Origin: Fimbriimonadales bacterium
Lineage (GTDB): Bacteria; Armatimonadota; Fimbriimonadia; Fimbriimonadales; JABRVX01
Length of the DNA stretch: 64,000 nt
Direction of reading: 5' to 3'
Assembly: GCA_045862955.1 (NCBI GenBank)
Contig: BTVI01000009.1
Location: forward strand, 1-64,000
The position numbers and the translations under genes are program-made. Positions 53,306-62,339 of the stretch are shown here, piece after piece. Position 1 is the stretch's first letter. Each line of letters begins with the position of its first letter. The notes beneath the pieces were generated by a model, which searched no databases, was not told the origin of the DNA, and saw only the letters and a list, made by a program, of their open reading frames with translations.

Positions 53306-54295
53306 ATGATTCTCATAGCAGACGAACTAGGAGCACGAATCAAATACGCTCAAGGCCAACTCCTCATCCATGATAAAGATGACAACGTCCTAACTAAAGC
53401 CGAGCTCATCCACGTCGAAGAGGTCGTCCTCGTCGGCGCAGTGGGTATCTCCGGACCAGCCATCGAAGCTATCGTCGCTAACGGAATAGACCTCTATTAC
53501 ATCGCATACGACGGCGAGCCCGCAGCACGACTCGTCCCCGATGGTTCTACCTATGCCGAGCTCAGACTCGCACAGTACAGAGCCACGAACGATGACAAGC
53601 AGAAGCTCTACTACGCCAAGGCATTCGTGGGAGCAAAACTCGCCAATCAGAAGATACTGCTCCAACGCGCCTTTCGTACCTGGCACCAAGAGCACAGCCT
53701 CGAACCACTCGATCGCGCAATCCAACAGATAGATGGCGCGCCAGACATCGCAACCCTTATGGGTATCGAGGGCGCAGCTGCACAAGCCTACTTCACCCTC
53801 ATCGGACACATCATCCCGCCCGAATGGGGCTTCCGAGGCCGAAAGCGACGCCCGCCACCGGACCCCGTCAACGCAATGCTCTCCTTCGGATATACTTACG
53901 TGGGTAACCTCGTCACGAGAGCCGCTCGAGCCGCACGACTCGATATATACCTTGGCCTGCTCCACGCAGAAAGAGAAGGCAGACCGTCCCTCCCCCTCGA
54001 CCTGCTCGAGGAGTTTCGACCATTTACGGCAGACGCAACCATGCTCCGCATCGTACGGCAGAAAATGCTGAAGCCTACCGACTTCGAAACCACGCCAGAT
54101 GGCGGATGCCGAATGTCAGAACCCGCGCGAGCCGAGTTCATCCAGACACTCGAAAACCGCCTCGCCGACGAGTTCACTCACCCTACCAAAAGGCAGCGTT
54201 GCAACTTTCGACAAGCCATGCTGATACAAGCAAGAGAACTCGCACATTCGCTGCTCGCCGATAAGCCCACCTACCAAGCACTGGTGCTACGATGA
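53306..54295 (+). CDS. cas1: CRISPR integrase Cas1 (unfused)
   Basis: MGIEG.AA..YF, RRPPPDPVNAMLSFGY, GLLH, L.LDLLEEFRP..AD. Confidence 0.96.
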   Translation: MILIADELGARIKYAQGQLLIHDKDDNVLTKAELIHVEEVVLVGAVGISGPAIEAIVANGIDLYYIAYDGEPAARLVPDGSTYAELRLAQYRATNDDKQKLYYAKAFVGAKLANQKILLQRAFRTWHQEHSLEPLDRAIQQIDGAPDIATLMGIEGAAAQAYFTLIGHIIPPEWGFRGRKRRPPPDPVNAMLSFGYTYVGNLVTRAARAARLDIYLGLLHAEREGRPSLPLDLLEEFRPFTADATMLRIVRQKMLKPTDFETTPDGGCRMSEPARAEFIQTLENRLADEFTHPTKRQRCNFRQAMLIQARELAHSLLADKPTYQALVLR

Positions 54296-54582
54296 AACCA
54301 GGAACGCAGTTCGTGCTACTCTGCTACGACATCGTAGACAATAAACGCCGAGCCAAACTCCAAAAGGTAGCAGACGCTTTCGGCGAACGCGTCAACGACT
54401 CGGTATACGAGTGCTGGCTGAACCCTACCCAAGAGGCCTCGCTCGTCAAGAAAGTCAAACGATTAGTGAACGAGCGCGAAGATGCGGTCTACTTCTACCG
54501 CCTCTGCGCCGCATGCCTCCAAAGAAAGTCCTCTATCGGACTTCACGTTGAAACGCAACCCGAAAGGGTCCGAATCGTGTAA
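54292..54582 (+). CDS. cas2: Cas2
   Basis: LLCYDIVDNKRR, FGERVNDSVYEC, D.V.FY.LC..C. Confidence 0.95.
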   Translation: MKPGTQFVLLCYDIVDNKRRAKLQKVADAFGERVNDSVYECWLNPTQEASLVKKVKRLVNEREDAVYFYRLCAACLQRKSSIGLHVETQPERVRIV

Positions 54583-54962
54583 CAATAGGGGGAGTCTAGG
54601 CCGTGCGCCGAAACCCCTCATTGCGGTCTGCGGGACTCTTCGGCCCCTGCCTAGTTGAACCTGGCTTGCCGAAGAGTCCCGCAGAATCGACCACTTTTGA
54701 GAGTCTTTTTATGTACGGATTGCAACGAAAAGGACCTGGTATAGGTCTTCGACCTCTCGGACCGGGACTCGACTGGGCCAAAATCTGGCTTCGAATCGGC
54801 GCGAATCCCCTAGTCCTCTTGGTAAGCTCTACTTCCTTTTGGCCCGATTTGCGGGACTCTCCCCCCTTTTCGAGCTGTTTTGAGAGTCCCGCACCGGTTC
54901 AAAGGTTGACTTCTCACCACTTTTTGGGGAAGAATCGAACCTGGATGGGGCAAAGAGATGCG
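54583..54962 (+). promoter_or_regulatory. CRISPR leader
   Basis: 380 bp between cas2 and first repeat, T-tracts, two related inverted repeats; the degenerate repeat is at the far end of the array. Confidence 0.75.
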
Positions 54963-57900
54963 GTCGCAGCAACCTCCCCGCTAACAAGGGGACTGAAACG
55001 TTAATAGTACAACCCCATAACTCTAAGGCTTTCTAATTATAACGTCGCAGCAACCTCCCCGCTAACAAGGGGACTGAAACGTCCGATTCGAAGCCATCGG
55101 ACTGCGCAATCGAGAGTACGTCGTCGCAGCAACCTCCCCGCTAACAAGGGGACTGAAACAGGCTCGACGGGGAACTTGTCGTCTTGCCAGATGTACGTCG
55201 CAGCAACCTCCCCGCTAACAAGGGGACTGAAACTCCAAACACGACATAGGTCAGACTGATTCCTACCGAATTGATGAAGTCGCAGCAACCTCCCCGCTAA
55301 CAAGGGGACTGAAACGCACCTGACGGTGGGCGGTTACGGCCGATCGCCAGTCCGAGTCGCAGCAACCTCCCCGCTAACAAGGGGACTGAAACGCCAGCAG
55401 CTCGGCCCGGAGCTTCTCTAACATGTGTCTTCTGTCGCAGCAACCTCCCCGCTAACAAGGGGACTGAAACTTCTGATTCTCCTTCAGGATTGTCGTGATG
55501 ACGTTGTCAAGGGTTGCGTCGCAGCAACCTCCCCGCTAACAAGGGGACTGAAACGCGGTGTTACAGGAGGACTGGGACGGCCAGGAGTTTTTGGAGTCGC
55601 AGCAACCTCCCCGCTAACAAGGGGACTGAAACGCACACCGCGTCTCCGCCAAAGCCGTGTCCCATGTTGGTTACGTCGCAGCAACCTCCCCGCTAACAAG
55701 GGGACTGAAACCGCGATAATCCTGCAAACCACTTGCAGAACCGATTCGCCAACGTCGCAGCAACCTCCCCGCTAACAAGGGGACTGAAACGAGGGGTGGT
55801 TCTTCAAGTCACGTGACGAGTGGGCTGAAGAGACCGGTATGAGTCGCAGCAACCTCCCCGCTAACAAGGGGACTGAAACAGGGACCGTGCCATCCGTGGT
55901 TGCGTACACGGTTGCGTGTCGCAGCAACCTCCCCGCTAACAAGGGGACTGAAACTTCTGGCGGTCAATCCCGGAAAGGCGGCTAAGGTCAGGGTCGCAGC
56001 AACCTCCCCGCTAACAAGGGGACTGAAACCGACTGCACGCTGCCGTGGTTCAGGATCCCCAGCAGGTTGGGCGCGGGTCGCAGCAACCTCCCCGCTAACA
56101 AGGGGACTGAAACCAAGAAGGGGCACGCGCGAGGCTGCGCAAGCTTGGCGTGCTGGTCGCAGCAACCTCCCCGCTAACAAGGGGACTGAAACGCGTGCTA
56201 CCCAGTAGGACCTATCAGCGAGCGGGCCGTTAGGTATCGGGTCGCAGCAACCTCCCCGCTAACAAGGGGACTGAAACAACAACGTTGGAACTGGCTTAGG
56301 ACGTTGACGTCCTAGACTTGTCGCAGCAACCTCCCCGCTAACAAGGGGACTGAAACGGCGAAGTAGGCCTCGAAGTAGTGGAGGCATGCCTCCGGGTCGC
56401 AGCAACCTCCCCGCTAACAAGGGGACTGAAACAAAACTTGGAGACGGTATGTTTAGTATCCTAATCAATTCGTCGCAGCAACCTCCCCGCTAACAAGGGG
56501 ACTGAAACATAAAGTGTCCGAGTTCCTCCAAAACAGCTAGCGCGGCCTCCTCGTCGCAGCAACCTCCCCGCTAACAAGGGGACTGAAACAACGCATCGTG
56601 GATTTTCTTGACAACAACCGCAGGCAGAAAGTCGCAGCAACCTCCCCGCTAACAAGGGGACTGAAACTGGAGGAGCTAGGGCGACTTTGGACGGCCCCGC
56701 TGGATCGTCGCAGCAACCTCCCCGCTAACAAGGGGACTGAAACGGGAGCTCGAGGGAGCTCGCGCGGGAGCTCGCGCGGGGGGAGCGTCGCAGCAACCTC
56801 CCCGCTAACAAGGGGACTGAAACGTAGCACGTACCGTCTACGACCTTGCGGCCGCAGCCGGGTCGCAGCAACCTCCCCGCTAACAAGGGGACTGAAACCT
56901 CGTTCGCCTTGGCGAGGGCGCTGTCGGCCTGAGCCTTAAGGGTCGCAGCAACCTCCCCGCTAACAAGGGGACTGAAACAACCTAGCTACTAGCCGCTCGA
57001 AGTCGTGGCCCTTGCGCCTATTGGGTCGCAGCAACCTCCCCGCTAACAAGGGGACTGAAACTCACGGACGCCCCACCTTCCTGCCCCCGGCGGGCCCACC
57101 GTCGCAGCAACCTCCCCGCTAACAAGGGGACTGAAACGTAGCGCGGTCCCACCACAGGGAGTGGGCGAGCCGTCCAACGGTGTCGCAGCAACCTCCCCGC
57201 TAACAAGGGGACTGAAACTATCCGTATGTGATCACGGCGTGCCCGGATGGAGAGGGGTCATGTCGCAGCAACCTCCCCGCTAACAAGGGGACTGAAACGG
57301 CTGCTTGAGCTTAAGCTCAAGCTAGCCGCCCTAGGCGTGAACCCGGGTCGCAGCAACCTCCCCGCTAACAAGGGGACTGAAACGTTCCACAGGTGCTTTG
57401 TGACGATTACTGGCTCAGTTACAGCTGTCGCAGCAACCTCCCCGCTAACAAGGGGACTGAAACCCATCCTTTTGGTGTGCCGCCTCGCCCCCGGCGCAGG
57501 CGATGGGGGTCGCAGCAACCTCCCCGCTAACAAGGGGACTGAAACCTCTTGCTAGGTATGCCATGCCAAACAGTATCGCCGCAGGTCGCAGCAACCTCCC
57601 CGCTAACAAGGGGACTGAAACTTAGGCCGTTCCGCCAGCGGCGGTAGAGGACCTCCTCGTACATAAAGTGGTCGCAGCAACCTCCCCGCTAACAAGGGGA
57701 CTGAAACCAACTCCCGTAGTTCTGCCGGCGCTAATCCCTTCACACTGTCCGTCGCAGCAACCTCCCCGCTAACAAGGGGACTGAAACGGGGCGGCGTGGA
57801 GTACCACTCCGCGTGGAGACTGGTGGACGTGTCGCAGCAACCTCCCCGCTAACAAGGGGACTGAAACGCATGCGCGCGCGATGACACAAGGACGCACGAG

Positions 57901-58099
57901 AATGCGTCGCAGCAACCTCCCCGCTAACAAGGGGACTGAAACAAATCTGCCGAAACCTCTTCTATCGGCGGATATTATGATCTTGGTCGCAGCAACCTCC
58001 CCGCTAACAAGGGGACTGAAACATTGACCGAACGCCTGCCAACACGGCCTATTGTTTGGACCGTCGCAGCAACCTCCCCGCTAACAAGGGGACTAGAAC
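54963..58099 (+). CRISPR. CRISPR array, 40 repeats / 39 spacers; repeat GTCGCAGCAACCTCCCCGCTAACAAGGGGACTGAAAC (37 bp)
   Basis: Manual count; spacers about 37-52 nt; TCCCC/GGGGA stem; 3' GAAAC; last repeat degenerate (...GGGGACTAGAAC). Confidence 0.98.
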
Positions 58100-58148
58100 T
58101 ATATACACCATGCAGCGCTGCACTAACTAACAGTGGGGGTTGTAGGCG

Positions 58149-58475
58149 ATGAACTACGCGCAACGTTGCCCTAAGTGTGGGCAGATGAACGCATCGTGGG
58201 TGACTATATGTATTAGGTGTGCGACGCCGCTACCTAAAATAGGGATGCCACCCGCCCGGAGCAAACAGCGTGGGGGGCGTTTTTGGCTCGTCCTCGCTGC
58301 TATCCTGTTCCCGATGTTCGGCCTAATCGGGGGCGGAATAGCTATGCTCCTCGGAGACGAAGATCTCAAAGAGACCGGCTATATGATGGTAGTCGCCGCG
58401 GTAATTGTGGTGCTCGTGGTAATAGTGGCCGCCGTGATACTGCTCGCCGTAATAGCTAACACACTCCCACAATAG
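58149..58475 (+). CDS. Small membrane protein: N-terminal zinc ribbon plus two TM helices
   Basis: CPKCG.....CIRC followed by two hydrophobic segments. Confidence 0.7.
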   Translation: MNYAQRCPKCGQMNASWVTICIRCATPLPKIGMPPARSKQRGGRFWLVLAAILFPMFGLIGGGIAMLLGDEDLKETGYMMVVAAVIVVLVVIVAAVILLAVIANTLPQ

Positions 58476-58676
58476 GTAGCCGATTGTCTACATGTATATA
58501 GTCGCTTATGCTTATCTATACCGGAAATGTTCTACCTGTATGTAAGCGAAGACCTACTATGCCTCACGCATTCTAGGGGGGCTAGAAGGGGAAGAGATAG
58601 ACAAAGGGGGGAATTACACAGGTTTGGTGCACCGTAGTGGTCCTGAATAAAGGCCGGATGGAGTATACTGAAGAAG

Positions 58677-58970
58677 ATGAGGGGTGTAGGCGGGGTACAC
58701 ATAAACAGGGAATCGTGCCGATTCTTGTTTGTACCGGGCGTGACTGCACAGTTTTCGGGTACCGAAATTGAAAGGCAGCGTTTCAAAACGGATTGCACAC
58801 TGAACGAGGGTAAGTGGAACCTACCGGGTTTGGTGAGGACTATGTTTGATACGGAATTAGGGCCGGGGGGACACCCGCCGATAGCAGAAGGGCAGGCTCT
58901 TCGCCGTACCTATACGCTCCGTGACGAAGACAGTGTCCTTGCGTTGTCCGCAGCGTATCCCGGAGGTTGA
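58677..58970 (+). CDS. Hypothetical protein or gene fragment
   Basis: 97-aa ORF in lower-GC block; no recognised motif. Confidence 0.25.
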   Translation: MRGVGGVHINRESCRFLFVPGVTAQFSGTEIERQRFKTDCTLNEGKWNLPGLVRTMFDTELGPGGHPPIAEGQALRRTYTLRDEDSVLALSAAYPGG

Positions 58971-59104
58971 CGCCCCGTCACGGACGAGGCTGGAGATGCC
59001 GCCTCGTACTGCTCTCGCGCAACGGTTTGTAGATGCTTGGGCTTCGTGTGCTCGGACAGTTTGGAAGGGGAGCGACACAGAGCGAATACCTGGGAGGTAA
59101 AAAA

Positions 59105-59679
59105 ACGAGACACGGTCTGACCACGATTGGCCTTTCTTTTTGCGCTCGTAGCTAGTGCACAGTTCTCGGGTAGAGGCCGGACAGAGGACTGCAGGCCCGT
59201 ATTACGAACCGGATAAGGGTAAATGGCAAGGCGTGGGGCGTAACTATGTCGCCGGTTCGTATCACGTCAACCTGGGGATCACGACGATTACGGCCTCTTT
59301 GGACGCAATGACTGGGACGGATATCACCATTTCCGGAGACTGGTCAGCCGGAATAGAGTGGCCGGGCCTATGCAAGGCATCGGTTACTTTCCGAGGCTCG
59401 GAAACCATCTCGGAGCACGCCTCGACGAAGGTTTCGGTACCTATCCCGCCATGTGGTTGGGGAGAGACGGAGATCTACAAAGAAGGCTGAAAGCAGCGCT
59501 GTTATTGCCAGGTGTACTATACCTATTCAGTGCAGGAGCCTTCGAGAACTCGTGTGGAATGGCGCTACTGGACTGAGACGAGCTCTGGAAAGCTGAAGGA
59601 TCAGTCTAGGTGCCAGAAGGCAGATGCGAATGTTGGTCTCATACCTGGTTCTGGGGCTGATGAGAAGGTAAAGCCATGA
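59105..59679 (+). pseudogene. Probable decayed secreted-protein gene
   Basis: GGAGG followed by ACG; signal-like LAFLFALVASAQ out of frame; ORF 59155-59490 stays open past TGA to 59679, overlapping the next ATG. Confidence 0.4.
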
Positions 59680-60572
59680 TGGTTCCGGTGTGGTTGTTCT
59701 ACTTAGTGGTAGTTCAGGCTCTTTTGCCGTCCGATTTAGCTACTCGTCTGGACATTCTTGCTGGGGATGATGGAACCATCGTTGCCGGCATGAATAGCCA
59801 GCAGCTCGCTAAGATATCCTGGGCTTATAGCTTGGAACAGGTGGCGAAAGAGCAGGGGATGGTGCTGCTAAGAGGGGAAAACGGGATCTCTTGGCTCAAA
59901 CCGAAAAAGGAAAAAGAGAGTGAAGAGGATCTGGAGTTTCTGCTCTCTTACCTGCCTTCGAACCTACTCGGAAAGGGTCTTCCCCTTGGAGAGTTTCCAC
60001 AGGAGGTGCAAAATTGGGTGGTGGAGAGGCTTGCCGCCGAAGAAAATCCGATTCTGCAGTCTACGGATATCCTGCTGGAAATAGGCTATGCACCGTACGT
60101 AGAGGTACGTAAGGGGTCTGAGGTAATCGAGCGGGTATTCCTGTTGCCGCATCTTGAAAACAGTGATAACGACACTGGTTTCGGTGCTGGTGGTGGTGGG
60201 GGATACCGTTTGTACCTAGTTACTCCCTTAGCAGAAGAGGGAAAGGTATACGAGACGCTCGTAGGGCCGGTTGTGTTTTTTGGGAGGCCGCCCAATTTGA
60301 ATGACGTCTCTATGTATGCCGCGTGGTTGTATACACCATTGACGAGGGAGGCCATTCGGAGTGCCGCCCAGAAATTCCAGTCGGCATTCTGGGGAATCTC
60401 GGATAGTGTCAAATTTACTGCCGCGGATATGTCCCCGGCGCAGAGGGAGGAACTCTTCTCACAAATGGAGTTCGAACCCCTGGAGACGTATACCTACCAG
60501 TTCGTACCCAGTTTTCGTGTTCAAGTAATCTGTCCAGAGCTCCAATCAATAAGGAGCTTCTTTCTACCTTAG
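59676..60572 (+). CDS. Hypothetical secreted protein
   Basis: 298-aa ORF, N-terminal hydrophobic stretch, lower GC; no recognised family. Confidence 0.65.
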   Translation: MMVPVWLFYLVVVQALLPSDLATRLDILAGDDGTIVAGMNSQQLAKISWAYSLEQVAKEQGMVLLRGENGISWLKPKKEKESEEDLEFLLSYLPSNLLGKGLPLGEFPQEVQNWVVERLAAEENPILQSTDILLEIGYAPYVEVRKGSEVIERVFLLPHLENSDNDTGFGAGGGGGYRLYLVTPLAEEGKVYETLVGPVVFFGRPPNLNDVSMYAAWLYTPLTREAIRSAAQKFQSAFWGISDSVKFTAADMSPAQREELFSQMEFEPLETYTYQFVPSFRVQVICPELQSIRSFFLP

Positions 60573-60978
60573 TCCTTATAAGGCCGGGCGGGGGTCCACT
60601 GTGTGGTGGCCCGGGCCCGGTAAAGCGCTCATGGTAACGATCCTCATCAAGAGTAATAACGGAGAGGTCGCGGCCTAGCTTTACCATAGGGGAAAGAGGT
60701 AGAGAACGAACCTCTTCGTCGGGGGCTGTCTTAACCCGGTAGTTCCCTGTGTGCGTTTAACACCTCCGGCTACTTGGGTACATGGTAAGTTGGTTTATGA
60801 GGCGCCGCCGCAGGCGGAAGATGGTCTGCAGGCGCTGCAAGACGACAGTGTTCTTCTCGTTCAACGGGATATGCCTCTACTGTAAGGCCGTCATTCCGAT
60901 GGAGCCCGAACTGCAAGAAAGTCGCACTGGCCACCCCACTAACAACGCATCTTGACTCGGATCCTAGGAAGGGTTTTT

Positions 60979-61361
60979 CCATGCCTAGACGTTTCGGCTG
61001 TCGTCTGCCACCACGCTCTCACCCAGCGCCCCCCGAGCAGCCGAACGTCGAGGCACCCAACGTCCGCGGATGGTGATAGCACCCTCACCCCAGCCCTCTC
61101 CCTCTAAAGAGGGAGAGGGAGGGAGACACCACCCCCCAGCTGCCTCGGCGCGGTCCTCGGGTCCGAGGCATGCCTTCCCATGCCTAGACGTTTGGGCTGT
61201 CGTCTGCCACCACGCTCTCACCCAGCGCCCCCCGAGCAGCCGAACGTCGAGGCACCCAACGTCCGCGGATGGTGATAGCACCCTCACCCCAGCCCTCTCC
61301 CTCTGAAGAGGGAGAGGGAGGGAGATACCACCCCCCAGCTGCCTCGGCGCGGTCCTCGGGT
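60979..61361. repeat. Tandem duplication (about 199-bp period) carrying REP-like family D hairpin
   Basis: atgcctagacgtt...gcggtcctcgggt at 60981 and 61180; each has ccctcaccccagccctctccctct..agagggagaggg. Confidence 0.85.
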
Positions 61362-61366
61362 TCACT

Positions 61367-61967
61367 TCATACCCTCGGTGCTGCTAGTCGCCGGACGCGG
61401 GCCGGGCCATGGAAAGGTTCCTTGTCGCTGCGGTGCCCTTCCACGAACAGCGCGAACAGCGCCTCCGACATCGCGAGCAGCTCCTTCACCCCCACCGAGT
61501 TCTCGAACCGGGAAAGCGTCGGCTGGCTGGCAATGCCGTCTTTGCCCACAGCGACCTGGAACATCGGGTCGCCCCGAAGCGAGTCGAAGTCGTTGCAGTC
61601 CTCGTACCCCATCGCGATTGCGAAAACACGCTCAGCAGCATAACGTCATGCTGAGCCTGTCGAAGCAGCGGGCAGGGGTGTGCCTCCAACGCTTTCCCCG
61701 CCGCCCGCTCGGCAGGCACGCCCCGAGCCGCTGCGTCCGTCCCAATCGTCTGTCCACCTGCTTCAGAAGTAGCAGCCCGGCGTCCGAAGACACCTTCCCG
61801 GCATCGAAAGCGAGCGCGATCTCACGATTGTCAAAAGGAAGAACGAAGTCGGCGGTCGAAGTGCTCATCTGGGGTGCCTCCTGTCGCAGGTTAGCGGTTT
61901 CAACTACCTACTCGACAAGAAACGGAGTGCACCCCTCTTGAACCTGTCACGAATGATCCGGGCTAGG
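61367..61967 (-). mobile_element. IS1380-family remnant (left end plus disrupted N-terminal transposase)
   Basis: FDAGKVSSDAGLLLL..VDRRLG, RVFAIAMGYEDCND...LRGDP, ASQPTLSRFEN; truncated before DDE core; putative end cctagcccggatcattc. Confidence 0.85.
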
Positions 61968-61969
61968 TA

Positions 61970-62006
61970 GTCGCAGCAACCTCCCCGCTAACAAGGTGCC
62001 TCAAAC
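61970..62006 (+). repeat. Orphan degenerate CRISPR repeat (34/37 identical to array repeat)
   Basis: gtcgcagcaacctccccgctaacaaggtgcctcaaac; first 27 nt exact. Confidence 0.9.
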
Positions 62007-62306
62007 GGCTTCGACGACGGGAGCACATTAGTTTGGTCTGGCGTTTGGCGTCGCGCCTGTCCTCGGCGTCGAAGCCGTTTCAGGCACCCGCACACGCAGC
62101 GGCCGCCAGATTGGTGCAGGCACACGCCTCGACGTGGTACGCCTCACCGGCCGCGTGGCATGCGAATCGGCCATCCGAGGCACCAATCCGCCATGCTGTC
62201 GAGGCATAAAAGCCGCTCAGGTACTCGGTCCAAGCTCGTGCTTAGGTCGCCTCTGTAACCCTAGACGCCGAGCAAGCCCGCGCATCATACTTTCCAAGGC
62301 ATGCTG

Positions 62307-62315
62307 TGCTACAAT
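62307..62315 (+). promoter_or_regulatory. Putative extended -10 promoter of the CARF genes
   Basis: TGcTACAAT about 25 nt upstream of ATG 62340, with AGGAG RBS between. Confidence 0.5.
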
Positions 62316-62339
62316 ATGTTCGAAGCATAGGAGATCTAT

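Noticed and set aside
53306..54295. RT-Cas1 or Cas4-Cas1 fusion
   Set aside because: The 329-aa protein is Cas1 only; no YADD or Cas4 cysteine motifs nearby.
54963..58099. Self-targeting or duplicated spacers
   Set aside because: None noticed by eye within this window; an alignment is needed to exclude them.
55037..58163. ORFs with repeated VAATSPLTRGLK / FSPLVSGEVAAT peptides
   Set aside because: Translations of CRISPR repeats, not genes.
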